Shown here: positions 1-12,250 of the stretch, one piece after another
Layout of the letters: each line of letters begins with the position of its first letter
Numbering within the stretch: position 1 is the stretch's first letter
Origin: Phallusia mammillata
Lineage: Eukaryota
Direction of reading: 5' to 3'
Length of the DNA stretch: 64,000 nucleotides
NCBI GenBank assembly: GCA_965637545.1
Contig: OZ281500.1
Coordinates: 3,224,001-3,288,000 of the forward strand
Made by a program: the position numbers and the translations under genes
The notes under the pieces: generated by a model
Database searches by the model: none
What the model was told of the DNA's origin: nothing
What the model saw: the letters and a program-made list of their open reading frames with translations, nothing else

Positions 1-330
1 TTTATGTCTGTATATGGATCAGGCGCGCCAGGCCATTCGGCCAAGTTCCTGCCCTGCTATACATGTTAAACCATATATCGCTAGTAAGCAATCATTTGTT
101 TCACCTAGCGGAATAATACTCTTACGAGTAATAAAATTGCAGCAAAAGTAACCGTTTGTTTAGTATTTTTGGTAACTTGAAGCAGGTACGCTCCGTTGTG
201 CACATCGTGTGCTTTGTGTCTTGTAGAAGGGTAAAGTTTATTCTATGATACGAAAACTAGCATTGACAACATGTCAGTATCGTAATGACGCCTAATACAA
301 CAAGAAATTAAGTGTTTAAACTGGCAGTAC

Positions 331-440
331 CTGTTTTCGACTGATTCGTTTCTCTGCATCCAGCACCTCCTCTGTATTGTAAGGGACGTCAGATATTACG
401 CCTCTTGGTCGTACTTCTATGATGCATGGTAATTTTTTTA
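331..440 (-). CDS. Possible internal exon of an unidentified minus-strand gene
   Basis: 110-nt open stretch between an AG acceptor (442-441) and a GTACTG donor; phase 1 to 0 gives VKKLPCIIEVRPRGVISDVPYNTEEVLDAEKRISRKQ. No recognisable family, and flanking exons could not be secured. Confidence 0.25.
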
Positions 441-700
441 CTGCTGCAATTTACGATTGTAAAATGACTTAAAAGATTACGTTCAAAAAGCAACTGTTTG
501 CGATCAAACTGATCTTGACACACAAACCAACAGTGAACAAAGCATACTTTTATAGTAAATAAACGCTACCGGTATATGTGCAAGATAAAAAAAAATGCCA
601 TCAGACTGCTAAAAACCCACGGTTTAAATTTTATCGATCATTAAAACTATGCGTCTCGTTTGAAACGCTATCTATCAATGTTAACACGTGTGATATAAAC

Positions 701-935
701 CAGTGGTCGGCAACCGCCGGTCCGCGGCCCGGTACCGGTCCGCGAGGAGTTCGTTACCGGGCCGTATAATTTTTCAGGTTAAATGCTATGAAACATTTTG
801 CAAATGTATCCCGGGGATGATAAACTAATTTAAGCGTTTTTATAGCTATATTCTTGTAGTTTTTTGAAGACCGGTCCGCGATAAAATTTCAGTTTTCAAA
901 CCGGTCCGCAGTGCAAAAAAGGTTGCCGACCCCTG
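701..935. mobile_element. Non-autonomous hAT-type MITE (235 bp)
   Basis: TIRs CAGTGGTCGGCAACC / GGTTGCCGACCCCTG; perfect 8-bp TSD ATATAAAC at 693-700 and 936-943; repeated CCGGTCCGCG subterminal motifs. Confidence 0.9.
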
Positions 936-3900
936 ATATAAACGACCACTAGATGTACCCAGTGAGCAAAATAAACCGGGTTGAGAGACGCACAACACGT
1001 TTTACTGGTCTCCACAAGGGCGTAAGAGTCTACTAGAGCAGAGCTCCGCTAATAATTATTATAATGAAACGCGAATCAAATTTGAGTTAACATACAGATT
1101 CTCGCGAGAAACTCTGGCCTGTAAAACCTACTTGGGTATTATAGACTCAACGTATGTCATGCATAGACTAAAGCTGCGCTTTTAGAGCAGGAGTAAAAAT
1201 GGGTCGCGACCCAAATTTGGGTTTTGTCAAAATGCTACGCGATGTTTTAAAACATAAGCTCCGAAAACATTAAGCAGAATTGCGTTTGACCTCTTGGTCC
1301 GACCTTCCGTCCTTTGTCTCTCATTTGGCTACGGAAAAAAAATTTAATATCTTACCACCGCCGATAAATGTATCATTTGCTAAAACGTTTTGGGCTGAAA
1401 TCCGACTAAATTACGTCACAGATATTCAACAAACAAACAGGGTCCGCACCCCCCTGAAAGTTTAAAGTTGGACCGGGCTTTGGTCTTGTACTTTCGGATT
1501 TGGACCAACTTACAATTTTGTACAAAGCGCATCCCCGCTTAACGTGTCGTTTTGACCTGAAAACGAAGTAGGCAAATGGAAATACTACTGACAGTTTGAC
1601 GTGTGAATTAAGTATTCAAGTAGTGTTTCGTTTAACAGAAGAAGTGAAAACACTTGCGTATTTCGAGGAGACATTTGAAGCGTGTCTACGAAATCAACCG
1701 TGACGGACAGAAATTAAACTGATTCGTACAATTAAAAAGATGGGCTATAGTTACCCAACAATCGATTCCATTACCAAGTGGTGCAGAATTTCTCAAAATA
1801 CAAGTTGGTTCGTATCCTGTTTATTCTCATCTGTTATTGACATGTAGCGGCTGTAGCCGTCGAAGTCGCCACGACTTTTCGAATCGGTGATGCATGCAAG
1901 CCTGTAAAACGCTCGCAGTTACAAGTCAATTCTGCAACAAGATACGATTGCTTTTGCGACTAGATGACGCAGACGATCACAAATATCATTAAAGTTGTCT
2001 GTTGGCAGAATACGACCCCGGTCAAAAGGAGTTTTGCTTTATCCACGCATTGTGCAGCTGGTGCGTAAAAACCTCATAAAGCATTGGGCTGTAATTAGCG
2101 TACTGCGTACATATATCGTACGTCTTGCGTTAAAATCAAAACCTATACTTTCATCTATTCGCAATTTTACGTGTAAGTTAGTGTTATGATAATCCTGACC
2201 GATTACTGCAACATTTCAGAGGGAAGTTAATCAAATAACGTTTGCAAGACCGGACTCGTATAAAGCATTTTAACGAAACCATGTCTTATCAAGGGCAGCT
2301 TGGATAGTGAATAGCCCTGGCTTTTGTTGTACTTTTGACAAATGTCAACAAATTTCAAATTACTCTTGTTTAGTTTTCCACCAGTTGAAAGGTACGAAAA
2401 CATGGCAATGTTATTCTTAACACTACAACGTAATCTTTTGCGTAGTGTGTTAGACCAAAAATCACACAACTATGCCAATTGTTTGTATGTTTGAGTAGAT
2501 ATCCAAGCTGTTTTGATAGAAGTCGTTGTTTTGTTTTGACACAATGACACTACGAGGAAAGAGCACCTGTTGTATCCTATTTCTTTCGGCCTGTGTTTTT
2601 AGGATGGGATGGAATTTGACTATATTGTCACTTAGGTTGAGTTTTAGTTTAATTTTAAAATTTTTGCTGTGCTAATACTGCGTACTTAAAAAAGTGACAG
2701 GACTTTTTTATAGTTCTAGTGTGGGTAAAAAGGGTTGATAAATATGGTCAAACAGCAAATATCTTCAAACAAGCATATTTAGGCGTGCACGGTTACTGCA
2801 AAAAAAACGGTAACGTGCAGCCAAAACGATTAAACTTCTAAAACAAGTTCATAAGAGGGGGCGTTTCAAACAGACACACGGATGTGTCGGCCTTTTTGCT
2901 GCAAAAACATACCACATTTTATAAACTATGATTTTAGGATACAAATTTTAAACTGAATTAATAAGATTTGTATCTTCCCAATAACAGAAACTCCACAATG
3001 GTTTCAGGAAAGCCTTTTTAGGTGGCAGCGTTGGGTCGTATTGTCAAAAAGTTCATAAATATTTTGTTTTGAGCGTCAGAATAAGGTACTATAGATCAGC
3101 GGTGGAATTTCAATGAATTATCTGTCAGTATACGAGGAAAAACAAACAAGGCGATTGTTAAACGCATGTCTTATTCTCTGAAAAACGACAAAGAAGCCTA
3201 TTATTAAGCATGGGTCCGACTTTTGCTAGTCAAACCCATATATTGTTTATTTAGGGATACTCAATAAAGAAGGGTTATACCAGATAAAAAACACTCTATT
3301 TCACCAGAGAGATGGCGTTTGTGTGATACAACAATATAAAACAGTATGTGCGTTTATAATTGTTAAAACTTTTGCAGATGTGGTAGATGCTGATACAAGG
3401 CAGGTCTCATTAATTTACACCAAATTCAGTTTGAAGATTTATTGCTATTTCAGAGCGCACTTTGGAGTACTGTCACAAGCACGTATGCAAGGTTGCCATT
3501 GACATCTAAATAGGAACAACCCAAAAGTTCGAATTTCATACAACACGAAACAAGCGTTAGAATCTTTATACGAGCTGTGGTATATCAAAAGCCATACTTT
3601 TTGCCAGAAACGGTATGTTTCAGGAACTCCTTGTTCATAGAAAACACTTCATGTATCTCACGACAGCTAAGGTCTAGGTTTACTTATAAGAGGGATTTGA
3701 CTGTCATTTCACGAAGGTTGTTCCTTTTAATTGTTGAAAATAAGACAAAAGGACTCAACTGAAAAACAACTACATTTCTTAGAAATAAGGACAATACATT
3801 GTTCTAGGACATTGCTATTCAAAATAAGGAGAAATCTTAGACAAGAGGACCGTATGGCAACCCTGCACGCATGGCAATGTTTTCTCCTACATCAAACGTC

Positions 3901-4195
3901 AGAATCCGGTGGCGAGAATCCACAAAAGAACGCAAGCGTCACATTTTGTAAGCGATTGTTTCGAGATGTGATAAAAAGCTTAAAGCGATGTAGACGGTAC
4001 ACAGGAAGTTTTATTTGGAATAGGTAATGAAAAAAAGATAGTTGATTTAGGCATATAATACTTTTTCATGCTATTGTCAGATGAAATAGTAACCGAGATA
4101 CGGATATTACGTTCAATGGTAAACAGCTTGTTGAATATAGGGTTTACATGTGCATATGATTTTAATACAGGACACTAATAAATAGTAATTCTAAA

Positions 4196-6772
4196 ATGTC
4201 TGCATGCAAAGTTGCGTCCGATTGCTTGAAGGATATAATAACAGACGTAATCATCAAATGTTTGGCAAATAAGCTGAAAAAACAATGTCGTCCTAATGGA
4301 GAGGAAATTAACCCACAGGAATCTGCAAAAACTTTGTATCAGTTGGGACTTGCGTATAAAGAGAAAAGTCCAGATAAGATCAGTATCATTCAAAGTGTTG
4401 CTTTAATGACATCAGCTGTGTTAAGGCAGCCCAACAATGCAGATGCTATCAGGAAAGATCTTGATGATGTATGCTTGCACATTTTAACTTTGGCAAAGGC
4501 TTCAAAGTTGGATACCCATTTTCTTAACATTGCAGTTGCTGAAGCAAAACAGAAAATCTCATTGCTTCGTGAAACAACCAAAATAAAGCTAGAAAAATTA
4601 AAACCAATTAGTGATGACTTAAAGGAAAACGAACGAGAAAAGGTAATACAAATCAAAGTGGCATATGTTAAAAAAATACAGAACTATGTAAGCGAAACTT
4701 ACACAAGTATTATGCAAATTATAGCAAATCACACACTCTCCATCTTATGGAAAGCACCATGTCAGTTTGCTTTGGTAGGAATGGGTTCATTGGCAAAAAA
4801 AGAAGTTACTCCATATTCTGACTTTGAAAGTATTATTGTTTTGGAAGACAAAATACAAAAAACTCCCAACTACCACAACGTTTTGGAGTATTTTCAGTGG
4901 TTTGCAACTATTTTCCAAATGATTCTTGTTCGCTTGGGGGAAACTTTACTCCGTTTCTTGGCAATTCCATGTCTTAACAATCCCCTAAACAAAAAAGAGG
5001 ATTGGTTTTATGATGCATACACTCCATGCGGAATTTGTCCTGATGGATTTGCTCCTCAAGCTAGCAAGAATCCAATGGGAAGACAAACAAAGACACAGAA
5101 AAAGCCTTGGACAACTGAACTTATCAAACCTGTCAGTGAAATGGTAAAGTACTTGGACAGTGAAGTGGATTTGAAAAATGGATATCATTTGGCAGATATG
5201 TTAAGCAGGTCAAGTTATGTTTTTGGAGACTTAGCTGTGTTTGAACAGTTTAGAACTAATGCTAAACAAAAAGCCGCCAAGTCCATGATTTTTAATCCAC
5301 ATAAACAGCAGCAAATCCAAAGTGACTACAGCCTGTACTCAATATACGAGGCTGACAATATTTTTACTATAGACATCAAACGATTTGTTTATAGAAGTTG
5401 TTCTTTGTTTGTTGAGGCATTAGGGCACCTATGTCGCAGCAAGGTATTAAACTGCTTTGACATTGTTGATGACCTAAAGACACGTAATGTAATAAGCAAA
5501 ACACACTTTAACAAACTTCAGTTTTCATTAGCAGTTGCTTTTGAAACACGGCTAAGGTTGTACAGCAACGCATCAAGCCAAGATGACATTCTCCATCAAG
5601 TTACTTATGATGGAATGCCATCATGCATAGAAAATATTTCTTCATGTATAGGCACCAGGGCGTTCATTCAAGGTTTGGGTATTGCAATGGTCCTGCAAGA
5701 GTATGTTGTCAAATGTTTTCATGAAGGTAAAAAGTTAAAACACACACATGTTTTACCATCACCAATACAAGAAGTTGCGCTAGCAACAGGTTTGAAACTT
5801 TATGGTTTTGCTGAAAGGCTGGTGCATGAACTTAAAGACAATCCTGATCATAAGAACCTAGAAGACCAAATCATACTGCTCATTGTTTACACAAAAAGTT
5901 TGCATGGGCTTGAGAAATACAGAGAGTGTATCAAAGTTATTAAATTGAATTTACCAATGCTTGAACAGCATGGGCTTATTGACTTGAAATGTTTTCTAAT
6001 GAGGCAATGTGCCATTTGCTTGCTTGTCCTAAAAAAATATAAAAAAGCACTTAAGTTCTTTAGAAAATTAAACTTTTACCATTTTTTTAAAATTTCAACT
6101 ACCATTCCTCCTCAAAAAATTAGTATGGGAATGGGTGATTGCTTTAAAAAACTTGGATGCAACAAAAAAGCTCTAAAATACATAAAATTTGCATACAATA
6201 AAACAAAAAATAATCTAGAAACCGAAAATGATCGTGATGGTTATGTTCAATTGATGATGAACTATATGGTATGTCTTCATCGCCTAGGTCAAAATGAGGA
6301 AGCGAGAATAGTTTGTCAAGATATCATAAACACAAGACAAACCCTCTATGTGAATGAGGAATCAGATGTCACATTAAATTTCGGATATGGTTTAATGGGA
6401 GGTATATTGCTTGGTCTAGAGAGATATGAAGAAGCTCTTGTTTATCTTAATAAGTCATGGAGGTGCTCACAGATTAGAACTGACTTTCTAATAGACACAA
6501 GTATCAGTCATGTCAGAAACAAAGCCCGGTGTCTGACATATTTAGGAAGATCATCTGAAGCCATAGAGTTTGTTACTCAATATGTTTATAATCATGAAAC
6601 AACTTCATGGAAAGAAAAAGTTAATTTGCTACAAAATCTTTCCAATGAGTTTGAACAATCGGGGTTTTATGAAGCCAGCATCCAGTGCAAGAATTTACTC
6701 TTTGAAATTCGACAACTGAATCTTTACCTTGTTGGTTATGAGCTATTTAATTACTTTTTAACACACACCTAG
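4196..6772 (+). CDS. Intronless 858-aa protein: N-terminal helical/TPR-like region, GlnD/GlnE/DUF294-like nucleotidyltransferase domain, DUF294_C-like helical domain, C-terminal TPR repeats
   Basis: Uninterrupted 2577-nt ORF. Pol-beta-superfamily signature FALVGMGSLAKKEVTPYSDFESIIVL. Downstream IDIKRFVYR...ALGHL...L...ETRLRLY matches the substrate-binding helical domain pattern. TPR-like units such as MGMGDCFKKLGCNKKALKYIKFA, NYMVCLHRLGQNEEARIVCQ, MGGILLGLERYEEALVYLNKS and NKARCLTYLGRSSEAIEF. Confidence 0.85.
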   Translation: MSACKVASDCLKDIITDVIIKCLANKLKKQCRPNGEEINPQESAKTLYQLGLAYKEKSPDKISIIQSVALMTSAVLRQPNNADAIRKDLDDVCLHILTLAKASKLDTHFLNIAVAEAKQKISLLRETTKIKLEKLKPISDDLKENEREKVIQIKVAYVKKIQNYVSETYTSIMQIIANHTLSILWKAPCQFALVGMGSLAKKEVTPYSDFESIIVLEDKIQKTPNYHNVLEYFQWFATIFQMILVRLGETLLRFLAIPCLNNPLNKKEDWFYDAYTPCGICPDGFAPQASKNPMGRQTKTQKKPWTTELIKPVSEMVKYLDSEVDLKNGYHLADMLSRSSYVFGDLAVFEQFRTNAKQKAAKSMIFNPHKQQQIQSDYSLYSIYEADNIFTIDIKRFVYRSCSLFVEALGHLCRSKVLNCFDIVDDLKTRNVISKTHFNKLQFSLAVAFETRLRLYSNASSQDDILHQVTYDGMPSCIENISSCIGTRAFIQGLGIAMVLQEYVVKCFHEGKKLKHTHVLPSPIQEVALATGLKLYGFAERLVHELKDNPDHKNLEDQIILLIVYTKSLHGLEKYRECIKVIKLNLPMLEQHGLIDLKCFLMRQCAICLLVLKKYKKALKFFRKLNFYHFFKISTTIPPQKISMGMGDCFKKLGCNKKALKYIKFAYNKTKNNLETENDRDGYVQLMMNYMVCLHRLGQNEEARIVCQDIINTRQTLYVNEESDVTLNFGYGLMGGILLGLERYEEALVYLNKSWRCSQIRTDFLIDTSISHVRNKARCLTYLGRSSEAIEFVTQYVYNHETTSWKEKVNLLQNLSNEFEQSGFYEASIQCKNLLFEIRQLNLYLVGYELFNYFLTHT

Positions 6773-8608
6773 AGGCATTTATATTTATACACTATAACGA
6801 TTTGTTTTGTAATTATGCATATTGTGTATCTTTACTCTGTTATTGTTGAGTTTAATTGGTTTGCTTTGTCATTATATTTTCACTTTTTGACCATTGTTTT
6901 AGCACACACTATTCACTATATTAGTCTTACACTGTGATAGTTACTTTTTCTTCGTTTCTAGGATTCCCCTCTTTCCTGTCATTAATTTACGCTTGATTGC
7001 TTGTATCACTACCCAGGTGGGCCTTTGGTCATCATGTGATTGTGATTGTTTCTTCGACGTACTTGTCTATGCATGCTCGCAATTTTAGAAAATTTCCCTT
7101 CGGAAATTTCATGGCCTTTTCAAAAATTACATTGCATTGCTACAAAGTGGGTTTTTCTGCTGCAAATGTGCCATCATTGTTTTACTAGAATATGTTTGTT
7201 TAAACATACGTAATACATTGTTACCAAATAAACATAGCAAATATGGATATCAATAAGCCTTTTTACATGATCGAATCGAATCGTATCATTGATGCGCATT
7301 GTGTGACATCGAGATTTCGATTCGCTAAAGCGTAAAATTACATGTTGCTGAACCGAATCGTATTCAAGGTTTTCAACTTCGCAAAAACGATATAATGGTT
7401 ATTGTAAAGTGATATACAAACATAAGGTCTCTTAATTGTTAATTTTAAAGTATTTTTAGACTTTTAGTCTATTCTTCCAAAAAAATCTGAATTAATTTGT
7501 GTGCAGCAGTTGTTTGCGTCGAGTTTAGACATACCAAAGAGCAATTCGCCCTCAGGTCAGGTCAATTTACTGACCAACGCGAGAGATCTCTGTGAAGCCA
7601 AGGCTGCCAAATTAAGCTACAAAATGTCGTGCTTCAAATGAACGATAGCCCGCTAATTCTGTTTAATTGTGTAACTTTCATCATTCTCTTGTATTGGCGC
7701 TTTTCATGTAATCGCCCTTTCTTGCGTTCACATACCTACGACATAGTATTTATGTGGTGCCTTTCGTTGCGTAATGAGTGTGTTATCCTCGGTTGCCTGT
7801 GAAGTTGTACGCTTGTTGAATGCAGTTTCTTTAGAACTGAATGCCAGATTACTGTGAATTTGGCAGTTGTATGTATTAGCATTATGTCTTGTGTTTAATA
7901 ATTGTTTGTGTGTTTCTTTTATTAAAATCACTTGGTGGAGTGGAACTAGGTTTGGTTTATAAACAGGTTTTACTTTCATAAAGTAATTTAACTTTAACTA
8001 AAAGTTCGTTTATACACAAAAAGCAATAAGCGAATTAGTGAACTCATGCAATAATAAAATAACTAGATAATATAATCTATATTAACGTAAGATTATACTC
8101 TAAATTTAGTGGCGTTTTTATAATAGCTCAAATAGTTAATTTAGACTAAAAAGGCTACCTAGAAACGTTACAGCACCCAACAGCCAAAAAACAATTGTTG
8201 CATGTCACTCAGAACATTTTGTAAGGCCACAGTTAGCTGACCAATACCCTAGTTAAAATAAACCAATTGAGACAACTTACCAGTATCTATTTTGCTTTTA
8301 CATCAATCAGGATGAACAGAAAATAAATCCAGGCAAAGGCTTGGTAACCAGAATATGCAAGTATCATATGTACATTCATCAGAACCATATATACATCAAT
8401 TATATGCCCAATAGTTTCACTAGATAAGGAAAAGATAATTTTTAAATGTAAGTAAATAGTGTAATATAAATGTGAATGTATCATGCCAACAATATTAACT
8501 TGGTATAATGTAAGAAACTTGTTTGTTCAATATGTCTATTTACAGTAGCATTAGCATTGTCACTTTAAACCCATTTGCCCGACTTAACAGGCAATTGTGT
8601 AAGACCTA

Positions 8609-9044
8609 GAGGAGTGCACAACTTCTTTGCCATGACGGTCACATTAAAAGTCCTTATTTTATTGAGCGGCATTAAGTATCCTCATGTTTTTCGTTTATGT
8701 ATTAAAGACGTAGGATTTATCTTATTATATCTACTGTAAGATATCTATTGCCCAAAAGTCTAGACAATTTTTTTTCATCTTATATTTTCAATTAGTTTTA
8801 CTAACGATTTGGCAATCAGTCGTAACTCTGGTGCACATGACTACTGGGTCAGTGCCCAGTAGAATATGTTTTAATCTAAAAAAAAATCCATTGCAACCAG
8901 TTTTTCAAAGCTAAATGTTTAGCAATAGAGAGTTAATCAATTCACGGCCACCTGTACAAGTATTCTAATACACATGTTCATGGCCACATCAACTCATGTC
9001 TGTGGGTCACATGTGGCCGTACAGCTACAGGTAGCGCACCCCTG
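8609..9044. mobile_element. Degenerate hAT-like MITE
   Basis: Ends GAGGAGTGCACAAC / GTAGCGCACCCCTG resemble the CAGGGGTG... TIRs of the other MITEs, with GGCCAC/GTGGCC subterminal motifs. No clear TSD. Confidence 0.3.
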
Positions 9045-10541
9045 CTAGATATATGCACATCAATTAAAAAACTAAATCAAACAAAACTTACAGACATTCT
9101 TGTAATTTTACTAAAGCATTATTTTAATTCCTTAAAAGTTGTAGAAAGAATCACAGTGCAAGCAAGTTGGAAACAGATCAGTGTAGCAGATCACCTAAAA
9201 ATTCTGTCACCATATTTATTAGCTTAGTTAATGATGCAAGGTCTTGGTATAAGCAAACCATTGAACTAGGTAAACTAGATTTTAGAACACAAACATCCTA
9301 AACTTCCGTCTTGTCTTGTAAACTATAGGCTAAAGTAATTATAGGCTAAACCTAAATCTTAACAAATGTGGTTTATTTGTTTCGTGTCGTGTTATTTTGT
9401 GCAGTTTTATCTCATCAAAATTTTGGTTTAAGGAAAACACAAACAGAAGTTTGTTTATTTCTGAAATTTTTCAGCACTACTGTGAGGGTTTGACAAGTTA
9501 AGGCTACTCAATATTAAAAGTGCCTATTAAAAAGTTTGAAACTTAGATGATTTGAGGTGCCAACCCAATTCTAACATATTTAACAAAATTATTTTTCAAC
9601 ATAAAAGAGTTTTTCTATCAATAAATCCTTTAATAAAAATGCAGTCAAAAGCCTATAGAGACATAGTAAATTTATATTTTCACACAATGCGTTGTTTTTA
9701 ATCCGAGTTCGGTCCCGTCCAACTACGCAAACTGTTGTCCACCAGCAAGCAGTTATTTACTGTTTGTAAAAACTGCACCATTTTAAAGCTCCGCTGCGAA
9801 AATGTGGGAATACCCAGGGAGATCCCCTATTTCGCAAATTATAAATCATGACCGTGTTTACCATAGATAACTTACCAGTAGGCCTAATCTAAGTTGTTTA
9901 CGAATAAATTAGTTAAAATTGTTCATAAACATAATCAGATAAACAACAGACTCAAACCATTGCTACCAAAAACGCAAACATGAATTAAGCGTAGCGTTTG
10001 CCAACAACATATATTTTTTTCTGTGAAACATTTTCAAAATTTTGTTCTTTTATTTCTAGAGTTTCGAAATTACATTTACCAATATGCATTGTGCACAAAA
10101 CTTTTGTCCTAATCTTAAATTCAAAAAAATATACGTTATTAGCCTATAGTTATTGCCACAAATTTACCCGTATTGTGCTTTGAACTCGCCCATAACATTA
10201 ACAAACCAAGTTATTTTCGCCCGTGATTTTTTCCTAAATCAGTCAAAAATGTTTAAAATACAATCTCCAAATTAATTGCTGCAATGTCTGCAAACACCAA
10301 ATCCAGTGCAGCATTTGTGGCATTGCAGACTGGCGCCACTTGGTCAAGTACACTTGCAATCCAAAATGTCAAATCTGTAGTGAAACTTTCAAACACGCTT
10401 CTGAATTTGAGCGTAAAGTAGGTGGTTTGTTTAGGACACGTTCCAAAAAGCTCATTGTTTCACTTTTAGACATTTTTGCCAGTCACTCCTGGAGCCTATT
10501 TAAGCTCCACATAAGCCAGTTTAGTTTATTTTCTAGACGAG

Positions 10542-11639
10542 ATGTTGCTGTACGTGTTGCTTAAGCTAGCTCTTCTCTTGACAGTTGTAAGTAGGTCTTA
10601 CAGCCATCTAAACCACCAACAAACTTATACGGTTTGCCGATCGCTTGACTCATTGTTTGAGCAACAACCCACAGTTCCTTGTAGCAAGTCGACCATAAGG
10701 GGTTCCCCAGGCCGACCTGGAAAGCAGGGTCCACAAGGTTTTAAGGGAGATACTATAAAGGGTCCCCCAGGCCGACCAGGAAAGCAGGGTCCACAAGGTT
10801 TTAAGGGAGATACTATAAAGGGTCCCCCAGGCCGACCTGGAGAACAGGGACCACAAGGGTTTAAGAGAAATACTATAAGAGGTCCACCAAGCCACCCTGG
10901 AAAGCAGGGTCAGCAAGGTTTTAAGGGAGGTACTGGTCCGGCTGGCCCTCCTAGTCCCAAACCAGTGGTGAATTGGACCAGAATTGAACATCGTATACAA
11001 GAAATAATAAACGGTATGATAGTTTCTGTATTAACAACTGCATTATTTTAAATAAAATATTACAGCAAAATATGCTTAGGAGATGTATTTATTAGCAGAC
11101 AAAAGAATATGTTCTGGAGTCGTTTACAAAGATCATTGCTACTGGCTACCTATGGTTGTTGCACGATCTGACAGTAACGGTGGAAAATCGGCAGCTACCA
11201 ATGTTTGCAGTTCTTACCGTGCAACATTGGTCGATATAGAATCATCTGAAATGTATAAAGTACTTTACAACTACATACAGAACGCTTGGATGGTTTTTGT
11301 TGATCAACCAACATACGATAATGTTGACGTGTGGCTTGCTTCCACATATCAGGTGTGTTGGCTTGTAAAACAAAGTTTTTTAAAAAAAGCTTTCTAATTT
11401 TTTAGGTGGTAATGCATTTGTTGAACAAGTTAACTTAAAAACAAGACAACAATTTCACCCTACAGAATACCAACTGTAAACCTCATAAGTTTACATCACA
11501 AAAACAATTTTGTACGTCTTTTATGTACAGAATGGAAGTGTCCTGAGTTCCATACATGGAAGCGTTTACACACAAAATGATCGGGATGTTTGCAGCACAC
11601 GAAAATGACCCTTTCCCGGTGCCGTTTTGCCGCCTTTAA
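10542..11639 (+). pseudogene. Collectin-like gene copy A (signal peptide, collagen, C-type lectin domain) with frameshifted exon 3
   Basis: Exons 10542-11013, 11099-11352 and 11531-11639 are phase-compatible and paralogous to copy B. Exon 3 lacks the WYNGHPG...VAPY segment of copy B, so it stops at TGA 11606-11608, while the original ending IGMF...FPVPFCRL* survives in another frame. Confidence 0.75.
10692..10931 (+). repeat. Four tandem 60-bp coding repeats forming the collagen region of copy A
   Basis: Units start at 10692, 10752, 10812 and 10872 and encode TI(K/R)GPPGRPGKQGPQGFKGD. Confidence 0.9.
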
Positions 11640-11800
11640 ATGTTGGTTTACATGTGTTATTATGTTTTATTATTCACACCAAACCGTAGTTTTTATGTAC
11701 AATACGTGTTTCTGCAGTATGTCTGTAATAAAATAGCTCAAAATTCAGTTTTCTTTACAAGATTTTTTAGAATCCAGTTTTTATTTACCGTTTTTTTAAA

Positions 11801-12250
11801 GAAGTCGTTGCTACTGGCTACCGCGGATTGTTGCAAAATACTATGGTACCGGTGGAAAGTCAGCAGTTGCAAATATTTGTAGTTCCTAGAGAGCCACATT
11901 GGTTGACATAGAGACTGAAGAAATGTTCAATGTACTTTACAACTACATACAAAAAGCTAGGGTGGCGTACATTGATCGACCGACAACCGATTTTGTCGAC
12001 GTGTGGCTGGCTACAACTTACAGGGTAAACTAACTAGGGCGAAAGATTGTTGCCTATTTTAAAATATCAAAAAACTTTACAAACTGTAATACTTACGTAA
12101 AAAATAGTCGCGTTTTATACAGAATTATGAGTTAATAACAAGTACTTGCAATTTTAATTAAGCTTGGGCATGATTCAATACACAAGCTTCTTTCGTGCTG
12201 TCACTATTTATAACAAAATTGTTGCTTTAGAACGGAAATGCGTTTAAAAG
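11801..12250 (+). pseudogene. Partial collectin-like copy (CTLD exon 2 plus the start of exon 3)
   Basis: 11801-12024 reads SRCYWLPRIVAKYYGTGGKSAVANICSS*RATLVDIETEEMFNVLYNYIQKARVAYIDRPTTDFVDVWLATTYR, with in-frame TAG at 11887-11889 and a GT donor. The exon 3 start (AG|AACGGAAATGCG, about 12231) breaks off. No exon 1. Confidence 0.8.

Noticed and set aside
7545-7645. ARDLCEAKAAKL peptide resembling a C-type lectin helix
   Set aside because: Single short motif ending in a stop, with no similarity to the neighbouring lectin exons.
10280-10410. CSICG...CQICSETFKHASEFERK zinc-finger-like peptide
   Set aside because: The His ligands are missing and there is no supporting exon structure.
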